Below are positions 45,684 through 57,400 of a stretch of 64,000 bases of DNA, one piece after another. The translations under genes were made by a program, and so were the position numbers. Position 1 is the first letter of the stretch, and each line of letters begins with the position of its first letter. Source of the stretch: Rhizaria sp. SCN 62-66 (lineage: Eukaryota); NCBI GenBank assembly GCA_001724265.1, contig MEDY01000110.1, forward strand, positions 1 to 64,000. The letters are read 5' to 3'. The notes under the pieces were generated by a model. It was not told the origin of the DNA. It saw only the letters and a program-made list of their open reading frames with translations, and did not search any database.

Positions 45684-48600
45684 TTAATGTTGCTGTTGCT
45701 GCTGCAGATGCTGCTGGTATTGGTATTGTTGCTGCTGCACATACTGCTGCTGTTGCACCTGTTGCTGCTGCGCGTACATCATCGAGTTGCGTACACTGCG
45801 CGCCTCGACCGCGACCAGCGGCTCTTGGCCTAGAGGGACCCACACGGCGACCGTCTCCATCACCACGCGCATGCGGATGACGCGGAAGTTAAGTCGCTCC
45901 AGCCCCAGCCCGAAGCCCGGGTGCTGGACCCAGGCGCCGCAGCGCGGGCAGCAGCGCGGCGCGCTCGCGGAGCCGGCGGAGCCGAGGCCGGCGCTGGCGG
46001 AGGCCACTGCTGCGACGGCAGATGCAGCGGCAGCGGCGGAGGCGGCGGTTGTATTGCTCGCGCCCGCGCTAGAGGTGTTCGTGGGAGTCGTGCCAAGGAA
46101 GCTTGCAGCAGAAGGTGGCACGCCAGGGCTGGCGACAGCACCGGAAGAAGCGGCAGCGGCACTGGGGGCATGCGGCTGCGGCCAGAGCAGCGGGACCGTG
46201 GCGCTGCAGCGGCACTGGCCGGCGTTGGCGCCCGCGCAGCTGCCCTCGGCCCCCACATTCGCGCCCAGACTCACGCCCGCGCTGGCGCTCGCACCGCCGG
46301 CGCCGGCGCTGGAGTTGGAGCTGGAGTGGCCGTGGGCAGCGAGGTAGGCGCCGGGGAGGCCGTGGCCGTAGGCACTGTGCGCGCCGTTCGCGCCGGCGCC
46401 GCTGTCGCCGTGGTGACCGTGGCCGTGGCCGTGGCTGCCGTGAGCGTGACTGTGGCAAGAGCCATCGTCGTCATCGTTGTTCACATGACCGAGAGCATTG
46501 CCACTGCCACCGCTGTTGCTGTTGTTGTTTTCCTCGGTCAGCGCGGCGGGCTCGACTACCCAGCCGCCGCGCGCGCTGGTGAGTGGCACCGTGACCGAGG
46601 ACACGCGCGGCGGGCCCGTGGCGGGGAACGCGGCCAGCGCCAGTGGCAACACGGCCTGGCCCGCCACGCCGTCGCTCGACCGCGCACGCAGGCACAGAGA
46701 CAGGAAAGGCTGCGACAAGGTCACAGGGATCGGCAGCGTCGGCGAGGACGATGACGACAACGTCGATGGCGATAGCGGCGACGCTAAAGGGGGCGATAAA
46801 GGGGATGCAAAACCAACACCAGAACTGCCAGCCGAGTTGACTGCGTTGTTGTCGCCCATATTGCCGTGGAGCGCGGCCGTGAACGCCGGCGCGGGCCGCG
46901 GAGGCAGCGCGAAGAGCATCGTGGCGCGCGGGATCTGCGTCTGCGACAAAAGCTGCGACTGCGGCAGCTCGGGTTGCGCGCCCACGGACGCGGCGAGCGC
47001 GTCCGCGTCTGCGTCCGCGCCCGCGACCGAGTATGCATCCTCCTCCTCAGCCGCCGCCGCGGCCGCTGCAGTAGCAGCGGCCGTGGCAGCGGCCGCGGCG
47101 TGCGCGCTGCTGCGGCCGCTGCCGTCGTGACTGTCGGCGGAATGCGCGGCTGCGGCTGCTGCGGCCACCGCGGCGGTGGCGGCCGCGGGCGTCATGCCCC
47201 CAGCTTGCGGCGCCCTGGTATTGACACCGGCGCCCGCGCCCTCCCGGGCGTAGCTGGCAGCGACGGCGGTGGCGGCGGCGGGCGTGATGCAGGTGAGCCT
47301 GCGCGGCAGCGGGAGCGCGGGCGGCGCGAGCACGGCGCCCGCGCCAGCACCCGCGCCGGGACCCGCGCTGACCGCGCTGGCGGTGGCGGCGGCGACGGCG
47401 GCGACGGCGGCGGTGGTGGCGGCGGCGACGGCGGTGCGCGACAGCGGCGGGTGCGAGTGCACGAGGGACTCGAAGGGACCCGGGAAGAGGACGCGGAGGC
47501 TGAGCGGGGGGACTTCGGTGATCATGAACGCAGGCTGCTGCTGCTGCTGTTGCTGTTGAAGCTGCTGCTGGGAATGCATGGGCGTGCCGATGCTAGCGGC
47601 CGCGCTCGAGTTGTGGGGAAAGGAAAGGGGGGCAATAAAACGCTGCTGTTGCTGTTGATTATCGCCGCTATTCACATTCACCATGATGCCACCATCGTCG
47701 TGCGCATTCACGTCATCGCTGTTGTTACGCGCACCCAGACTGGTGCCAGTGCCGTTGCCCGCGGTGGCGTCAGCAGCGGCCGCAGCGGCCAGCCCCGCCG
47801 CCGTGGCCTCAGCCACCGCGGCCGCGAGCGCCGAGTCGAACCCCACGGGCGGCGCGAAGGCTGAGGAGCGAGGCCGCGTCACCGGCGTACCGCTCCCGCT
47901 CCCGCTGCCACCGCCGCCGCCGCCGCCGGTGCCGTTGCCGTTGCCAGGGGCCTGGCCGTGACCGTGGGCGGGGGCCTGGCCGTGGTGCTGCTGGGCGGCG
48001 GTGCTGGCGGTGGGGTGCGAGCGCGGCTGCATGCGCTGAGGCCGCTTGTGCGCGCGGAGGATCCGCACCGAGAGCAGGCGCACCACGTAGTGGTACTGGC
48101 CCATGCCCCTACCCACGCTGCCGCCGCTGCCGCCACTGGAGTGGTTGCCCACCACACCCGCACCGGTCACGACAGTGAGCGCACCGTTGCCGTCTATGTT
48201 TCCAGTGCCTGGGTGCGGCGAAGCCGCCGCCGCCGCTGCCGCCGCCGCCGTCGCCGCGACAGCGGACTGGTAGAGCGAGGCCATGCTGGGGATGGGCGCC
48301 GCGAGCGTGAGCGGGTCGTTGTTGCCAAAACTAGACTCAGCAGCAACGCGGCCGTGATTGTCGCGGGGCTGCAGCAGATGCAGCTGTGCCTGCGCCTGTT
48401 GCTGCTGTTGCTGCGGCTGTAGTTGCGCCTGCGCGCTGATGTTGTCAATGTTGCGAGGAGTCCTTGACTCACTCACCGCATCTCCAGCACCAGCAGCACG
48501 CGCCCCATCAGCCCCAGCTTCAGCTCCATCCCCAGTCTCGGATTCCGGCGTCTCAGCGCAGCCCGCCGTGGTTTTGGCGCCGCCCGCCTTGGCCGCCGCG

Positions 48601-50846
48601 TCCTCGGCCGCCGCGTTGGCAATCGCGGCCGCCAGCGGCGAGGCCGTGACCGCGATCGCGAGCGTGAATGTGCAGTAGACCGGCGCGTGGTCGCTCAGCG
48701 TCAGCCAGTCGTTGACGGAGCTGTAGTTGTCGAACCCGGAGCAGGAGCGCGTGGTCACCGCGCCCGCGCACGGGGCCGCCGCGCCCAGGCAGTCTGGCGC
48801 GCCGCAGTGGCACCCAGTGCTGGGCACGGCCGCGCACGCCGCGGCGGCTGCGGCGGTCGTCGCGGCGGCGGCAACAGCGGCGCTCGCTGCCGTCGTCGTC
48901 GTCGTCGTGACCGAGGCATGATCGCTGTTGACTTGGTCGACGTGATCGTTGTTCGCACTGCTGCCGCTGCTGCTGCTGTTGCTGCTGCTGTGGCTAGCGA
49001 AGACGGCGGCCGCGGCGGCGTTGGCAGCGGCGGCGGCAAGCGCGGAGTAACGGAGCGCGACCGTGTTGTCGGGCGCAAGCACGTAGCCACCGCCGCGGGC
49101 GACGACGTCACAAGCGCACGCGCACTCGCAAGCGCCTGCGCAGGGCAAGGCTGGGGACACGGCGCGGGGACAGACGCCGCGGACGCCGCTGCATTCGGCC
49201 AGGCAGGGGCCCGCGGGGGCTGATGGGGTGTAGTCAGACGCGGAGTTCAAGCCAGACTCAGGGGCAGAGTGAGAGGCCGTGACGCAAGTGCCGAGAACGC
49301 AGCTGCCGCAGTCGGAGCTGTCTGACAGCGGAGGGCGCCTACGCAAAGCAAAAATGATAAAAAGAGTGTGTTTAGTCATCAACAGTTAACATACGCAAAA
49401 AAGGCGGGCACGCATTGCAATTTCAGTGTTTCAAGTCAATGTAACGAATTTTGCAGAGGATTACAGCTTTGCAGATGAAGGCAGCGCAACGTACCTCGCT
49501 TGCGGCTCGGGCCGCAACAGACCCGCGCCCGCGGGCGCAGACCGCCAGAGCACCCGATCCGTGTACGCGGGCAGCCGCTCCGACACGCGGCCCGACTTGT
49601 ACCAGGGCTCCTTGTAGGCGGTGCGGAACTGGCGCCGGATCGAGTCCGCGGAGCCGCCCCAGCGCACGGGCGTGGGCCGGCCTTCGACGCGCTTGTACGA
49701 CGGGTAGAAGTCGTTGGCCATCGCAGCCTCGCTGTAGCCCGCCAGTGCGCGCCCCGAGCGGCGGTCCTGCGTCAACTCGTCGTGCGTGCGTAGTAGGTGC
49801 AGCCCGCGCGGCCGCGAGAGGCACGAGGCCGGGACTGGCGGCAGCAGCGAGCGCGGCGGCAGCGGCGGCGGCGACGGCGACGGCGACGGGCGCTGTTCAG
49901 AGGACGCCGCAACATCACTCCTCGTGCTGGTGCTGCTACCGCTTTCTATCGCACCCGACAGCTGCGACTGGGGCTGCGGCTGTGCGAGTGCGAGCGTATA
50001 CTTGTAGTTGCGCCGCATCACGGCCCGCATGCGCGCGCACTCTGCGGCGCGCTCGCTCTCTGCGCTCTCGTGCTCCGCCATCAGCGCAATCGCGCGCTCC
50101 ACGCTCAGCGCCGCGCTGCTGTGCGCGCCGGAGCCGGAGCCGGCGCCCGCGGCGACAGAGCTGAAGCTGCTGCTGGAGGAGCTGCTGCTGGTGATGTAGT
50201 TGGCGTTGTTGGTGGCGTTGAGCTTGAAGTTGGTATCGCCGAGCAGGATGGTGTGGTGGAACAGGTCATCAAGCCCAAAGGAGCCCAGCGCGGAGCCGCA
50301 CAGCGCAGGCCCGGTCGCGGCGGTGATGTGCGCGATCGCGGCGCGGCGCGCGGCGAGCGACGATGACGGCAGGTGCACCGAGAGAAAGACGACCGTGGTG
50401 CCGGCGATCGATACGGCGGCCGTGGCAGCGCCCTTGGAGCCCTCAGTAATACCAAGGCTGATGGGGGCCGCGGCGAGGAGCGTAGTGGAGGCAAGGAGTC
50501 GGCGGGAGACGTAGAAGGCAAGTCCAGTGAACTTAGGGAAGAGGAACGAACCGTCGCCGCGGCCGCGCACGTCGGCGTTGAACGGTAAGCGCACGACGTC
50601 GAAGCGCTCGAGGTGGCGTGCAACAAGGTCATAAAACGCGCCGGAAACGGCCTCTTGCACGGCGAGAGCATACAAGTCGTAGCCGGCAGGAATGAAGGTG
50701 CGCAGCGCGACGATCTGGGAAGCTGGGAGCTCTTTTGCACCCATGTTCCAGGTACCGGTCCATAAACGCACTCTGGGGAGCGGAATCGGGCCAGATATCG
50801 TGGCTGCGGCGGCCACAGTAGACGGAGGGCCGTAGAGCAGCGACAT
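45684..50846 (-). CDS. Inositol polyphosphate 5-phosphatase (IPPc/EEP) with long low-complexity extensions, about 1668 aa; exons 50846-49495 and 49338-45684
   Basis: GTWNMG, ALAVQE, GSKGA, FLSVHL, ILLGDTNFKL, FYPSYK, RLPAYTDRVLW and SDHAPV motifs. Phase-2 intron 49494-49339 (GTACGT...TAG). PolyQ C-terminus. Stop TAA. Confidence 0.85.
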
Positions 50847-51488
50847 GGCGGGCTCAGCAGAGAGGATAAAACTACGATGAGGCTGGTAGCGAGCGCGCGA
50901 GGCAGGTGAAAGAGCTCGACGACGTAGGGCTGGAGATGGAGATATTGAAATACAGTTTTAGACCTGACAAGAACGTCCAAGCACAGGGGTTTCTGTGAGT
51001 AATGTGCCCCAAATACAACGGTATACGGGAAATTGAGTCCAATCAGTCTATAATCAAAAGGAGTGACGACAGAGCGAAGTGAGTTTGTGAGCTCGCGTGA
51101 CGAGGGCGATCTACCGACGGGCAAGATTCGAGGAACGGTTTTCTCCGTGCACAAGAAAAAATAGGAAGTAAAATCAAAAGAAACAACACTGAAAGTTAAA
51201 TAATTTTACAAAATGTGTAATATATGCAGATCTGCGACGCAAGTTTGCCACAAACTAATTTCGCATATGCCGCCAGCAATGGCTTCCATGGTCACGTCGC
51301 TCAGCGAGTTCGCTTGTCACCGAAGCAGCTCCTTGCACTTACAAACAAGTTGTTTAGACAACAAAGACATTAAGGTCTGCTTCCCAGATTGAACTATAAC
51401 GTAGGTTTATTGTACATAAACGCGGTAGTTCCGAATGTTAATCAAATGAATAATTTTTTTATCTCATAATCACGGTTATACTAACTGC

Positions 51489-54400
51489 TTACTCGTTCGG
51501 CACCACAGCGTACGCTTGCCACGCCGCACACTCAAGCTCGCTGAACGCATTTACCTTACCGTTCCACAGCCTGTTCTGCGCCTTCGCCTGCGCAATGAGC
51601 ATGTCTATGCCACGCACAGTCACACATCCCGCTGCAACCGCCTGCTTCATCAGCAAAGTGTTCTTCGGCGCATACGCTGCCTCGAACACGACTGGCGGCG
51701 CGACAGCACCAGTCATATCACACTTCTGACCATCCGATTTCTCACTTTCACAATCAGCAGCTTCGAGCAAGCACTGACCCAGCGCGGGGCTTGCAGCGCC
51801 CGGTAGCGTGGATACGACTACGGCGACCTGCGCCGTAGGCAGCCCCGTGGCCGCCCGCACAGCGCCAAGTCGCACGGCCACCTGCGCGCCCCCGTCCGCG
51901 CCTAGCGCGTCCGCGCCGGTGACCGCGCAAAGCCCCGGGAAGGCGCTCTGCAGCGCGTGCACGCGGTGAGCGGAGCGGTTGACGACGGCGATGCGCGACT
52001 GTGGGAAGCCGATCTGGAGGAGCGCGTAGATGGCGGCGCGTGCGGTGCCGCCGGCGCCGACGACGACGGCGACGGCCGGTGCAGACACAGCATCAGAATC
52101 AACACCGGCAGCAGTCGCAACAGCGTCTAAAAGCAGTGCTTGATTGTATAACGCGTCAACAAGAGGCAGTGCAATGCCAATCCAATCAGTGTTGTAAGCT
52201 GCCATCACGGGCACACAACCCACATCAACACTGGCGGCAGCCACCGGGCTGCTTGCGTTGCTGTTGCTGGTGGCGTTCGCAGCGGCAGTGCCGGCGGCAG
52301 CGGCAGCCGCAACTGTGGCAAGCTTCGTCCTCAGCCCCATCGGCAGTGAGGCAGCGGCCGTAGGCACAGTCAGCGTCACAAGCGTGTTCGAGGCGCCCAC
52401 CGCGGTCACGGCTGTGTCCGCGACACAGCAGAGGCCCACAACACTCTCCTTCAGCGGGACCGTCACGCACGCGCCGGCAAACGCGCGCCCGTCCCCGTCC
52501 GCGGCGGTGGCGAGAGCGAGGGCGCGGGCCACTGCGGCGGCGGTCGCCGTGGGCAGCGCGGTGAGGCACGCGTCAGCCGTGTCCATCGCTGCAGCCGCGG
52601 CGGTGTGCATGCGCGGCGACGGCGAAAGACCGAGCGGGGAACCGAAAATGCGGTACAGCAGCGGGGGCAGGTAGAGGGAGCGGCGGAGCGCGGCGAGGGC
52701 GGCGGCCGTGAGCTGACCGGGGGCGGCGGCTGGCAGAGAGACGTGCGTGACGGGGCTGAAGACCCCGCTTGAGGCACGAGAAAGCTAAAAAGAGAAATAG
52801 AAGCAAAGAACACTGATTTTGATGAAAAAGTTTCGCAATAGATATGAAAATACACGTTTGAGCTGTTTCAAACAAAATATACAAATGACAGTTATTTCAC
52901 GTACCTTGCCCATCGCGCCCATGTCAAAGGCAATCAGTCCTGGCACATGATGCGGTGAGAGCGACAAAGCTTGAGCAACGCATGGTGCGGCGCTGGCAGC
53001 ACCGAAGAACTCACACACAGCACGACGTAACTCACGATTGTACAGGTCAGCGACGGGCGGCACTGGGCAGTTCGAGCGCGACTTAACTTGCCAGCATTGC
53101 GACTTCGTCTTAGGGGAACCGCTGTTGCCAATACGGTGGTGCGCGAGGCTGATGGTGCCTTGTTGCTTTGCAAGTGCAACCACGCTTGACGTGCTTGCAC
53201 TGATGCCAGTTGCAGCAGAGAGGCCAGCTGTTGCGGCGGTAAAGATGCTGCTGTAGGGCGCAGACATCAGTTCGTTGTCGCGGAACGTGCTCACAGTTGC
53301 CACGGTGCCAGCACTGGTATCTGTGCCGACACAGCTCACGGCCGCGTTACCAACGATCTTAATAATGTCAACAACAGAGTTGCCGTCTGCGATATCACAG
53401 GCGTTGCTGGCCTCGATCGTCAGAGTAGCGCTCACAGTCATCTCCGCTGCAGCGGCGACAACGGCAGCAATCCTGTCCCTGCCTGTGGTGCCAGTCACCA
53501 AACTCTCAGCGCCCACGCTCGCCGTTAAATCGTGACAGCTCACAATCACCTGCGCGCCGCGTGCCGCCGCCGTGGCCGCGACCGCCGCGCGCGCCCGCAG
53601 CGGCCACGCAGCCTCGACGTCGACCCACCGTGCGCCCGCGGCGAGTGCGGCGGCGCTCAGGAGGGCCAAGAGCGCGCCGTCACCGTGGAAGCGCCCGCCC
53701 TCGCGCACGCTGCGGAGGGTGAAGACAACGGGCAGCGTGGGCGGCAGCGGCCGGAATGCGTACGCAGCAGCGCCACAGCTGTCACCTTTCTCGGCGCTCG
53801 CGTTGGTGGCATTCGCATGGAAGCGTGAGGGGCGGTGGAAGGACAGTCCCTGCGTGGTCTTGTCAACCTCGGCGTCGATTCCAGCGGCACGAATAGCTTG
53901 CACGCGGCGCACGACGGCCATTTCGCGGTGCATTTGCGACACAACAGCGCTTAACTGCTCCGCGGTGGCATCAGTAAAGCGCCTTGGTAGAGCCTTTGTT
54001 GTAAGCGTACACAGAATGAAATACAAAAATAAGACAGGTGTAAGTATTGATCGACATTTAAGAGTTATTGAAAGCAATTACAGAATAGAATGAGAAAACT
54101 TCGATTCGTCACAAGGCATATGTGATCTTGTTCATATGTCGTACCTGAACGCTGGGCCAAAGATCGGCACGCAGCTCAATCGCATCTGAGGCAATAGTAA
54201 GCTTGCGAAGCGCATCGGCAGCGCGGGAGAGAGCCACTGGGGAGCCCAACTCGGTTTGCGCCGGCGCACTATCATAATAATTAACAACAGCGCTCGAGCG
54301 GTTATTGTTGGAGTTCGCAAGGTCCCACAGCGAAGGCAAGGGGAAGCACAGGAAGTTGGTCTCCTCCCTCAGCACAGCCCTGGTCTCAGCTACCACCGCG

Positions 54401-57400
54401 CCCCGGTCCCGACTCAGCCCCAACAGCGTCCTCACCGTCGGCGCTGCAGGGGTAGTGACGGCGGCGACGAAGCCCGTGAACTCGAGGTCGAGGCTGGCCC
54501 AGGCGCGGTCGCCGGGGGCGATGGTGAAGACGTGGGTGGCGTGGGCGCGGTAGACGGGCAGACGGGAGAGGAATTGACTGCGATATGCACTGGTGTTGTC
54601 ACTGTTGTTCGCGATGACCGCGGTGACAGAGCCACTGTTAGTGAATTGCTTGAACGCGTCAGTGTGGATAAGCTTACTCGCGTCACGGCGCACCAGCGCG
54701 GCAACGATATCGTCCTCGTCGCGCTCAATGTGCACAATGCAAACTCTGCCTAAAACACGCCGACTGGGGCCGCTGCTTGTCGCGGAACTGCTGCTATCAG
54801 CTGTAGCTGTTACCGACACAGTAACAGGTGCTAGGTGCGGCGCGGTCGTCTTCAGCATAACACCAATCGAGTTCGCGCCGGCGTCACCCTCGGCCGCCGC
54901 AACCGCGAGCGCAGCCGCGGTGTCCTCCGCCGGCAGCGGCGCCGCAGCCGCGGCCATGAGCGTGTCCCTGGCGAGCTGCGTGGTCATCACACCGCCGCCG
55001 CACGCCACGAGCGCGCTCGCGCCCAGTGTGAATAGCGCGTGCGCGGCGCGCGGGCGCCGGCACAGAGCGTGCGCGGGCGCAACCAGCGCCGGGTGGAAAG
55101 GTAGGTCGCCAGGTGTGATGCATGGATACGGTGTGCGCGCAAGGACGGACACAAAGTCAAGAGCAGGAATATGAGTCGCGACTGTGGCGGGAGACGCGGG
55201 GAGTGATGCAGCTGTGACACTGTGGGCAGCAGCGGTGACTGTGCTTGTCCAGTCACACTGTAAAGCGTTCTCGGGAACATCGCTGTTCGCAGTGCTAATC
55301 AGAGCGCGCACTTGAGGACATAGGGCCGAGAAAATGCCACGCACAACGCAGAGTTCAACGAGGCGGAAAAACGGCCAGCCAAGCGTCACAATCGCGACAT
55401 CAGTAATAGTCTCTGCAGTCAAGGTGGCAGAGATCGTAGCAGCGTAAATAAGCGCGTTGCGCAGCGTAGAAATACAATTGTTGCCCACATCATTGTTAGC
55501 GTTGTTGTTGACAGTGGAAATAATATACGCGGCCACCTCATCATCCAAGTCCACAAACACGCGGTGCGTGCCGTGCGCAGCGGCGCGGCCCAGAGACGTC
55601 TTCCCAGCGCCGCGCATGCCAGTCACAGCGACGTGCGCACGCATCTGCGCTTGGGGCATCCGCGACGGAGACTGCAACTGCGAATGATCTTGTTCTTGAG
55701 ACAAGAGCGCGGCGAGCGGGGCAGGAAACACAGTCTCGCGGTGAGCCAACGACGCGAGCACGGCTGTTTTCTCGGCCTCAGTCAACACCGGCACGGAAAC
55801 TGTAACGCTGTCTTTGCCGCCACCTTCGTCAGTGCTGGGACTGTTCGTAGCGTTGTCAAAGCAACGCACTGTGCGGAGTGTTACCGCAGTCGCGGATGTG
55901 CTTGTGACAGGAAAACGCCCGGGAAGCGCTGGCAGCGACGCGACAAGGGCAGAAACGTCCCATTTGAGCCCGACACCAAGCCCTTGCGGCAAAGGCCGAG
56001 TCCAGTCACTCTCACTGCCCAGGTCATTCCACAGCACACTGCCGTTCGCATTGATGTCGTAGTTTCTGTTAATGTCGTCCCAAAAGCCCGGGTACGTCTT
56101 GCCCACGCAGCGGTGGTCGCTCAGCGCCACCAGCGGTAGACGCAGGCCCGCAGCCGCGAACGCCATCGCGACGCGGTGATCGCCGTGGCAGCGGATGACG
56201 GCCGACACGGACTCGGGCGCAGTTGCAGCTGCAGAGATAAACGGAGGCGGTGGCACGGCCGCGCTTTCACAGTTACTATTGCTGCCATGAGCGCTGTTCA
56301 TGTCAAAGTAAGTTTTGCGAGGAAGCAGTGAGTCCGTGTGTGCATGCTCTGTTGTCTCAGCACTGATCATCGCAGCACCACTCGCTTGAGCAGTCGTCAC
56401 GGCCGTGCTTTCACTGATGCCACTACTAGAATGCGCAGACGCAGGGATCGGCGGCAGAGACGGCGCGGGCTCCCCGAGCCGCCGCAGTCCGTGCACGCGC
56501 ACACCAGTGGGCAGCTCTTCTGCGCCGAGCCCCAGCCGCCGGAGTCCGTCGACAACTGCGGCGACGCGATCGCACTCCTTGACGCGCTGGTTCGCGACAT
56601 TGACGATGTCGGTGTGGCCGACCGCGAAGGCGGCGACAACGGCGACGGCGAGGAATGAGTCCGTTTGTGCGCTCATGTCGACCTCGCCAAGACCGAGCAA
56701 GTGCCGCGCTGGCAGAGTGTAAGGGGCAGGGGGGAGGAAGACACCGGCCGGGGTGGCGACGAGAGGCAGTGGGGGCGGGCCACGTAGGCGAGTGCGTAAC
56801 TGCTCAGACGCTGTCACAGTGGTTTGAGATGCAGCTGCAACTGTAGTCATCGCCGTTGAAGACGGAGTTACGGACTGAGTGTCGCAGCCCATGCGTTGGA
56901 GCAAAGCGGCCACGCCAGCATCGCCCTGTCCTGACAGGGGCGAAACGTTAACGTCAACGAGACCACCAGAAAGCGCAGCAAAGCAAAGGGGGTACACCGC
57001 AGCAGAAGCGTCACCCTCAATTGTCACAACCTGTGACTGCGACTGGCTGCTTGCTAGATCACTGCTGGTGTGCAAGGCAGGGACAGTGTAGCATCGCTTG
57101 TCGGAGTCAGCGGTGACCGTCACGCCAAACTGCTGCATCGTATCCACTGTGAGCGCAACATACCCTTCCGAGACAAGATCACCCTGCACTTCGATCACAG
57201 ACGAAGCCTCGGCGTTGTCATTGTTGGGCTGCTGAGCCAGGACAGCTGCCATCAAGAGTGCTGAGACATATTGTGACGAGACTGAGCCAGGCAGACTCAG
57301 CTTACCCGTTGACAACCCTCCAATCAACCGATCACTATTTTCATAGCGCTCCTGGTGCAAGGGCGTGATGCGCAGCGGCAGCGCGCCGGGCAGCTGCAGG

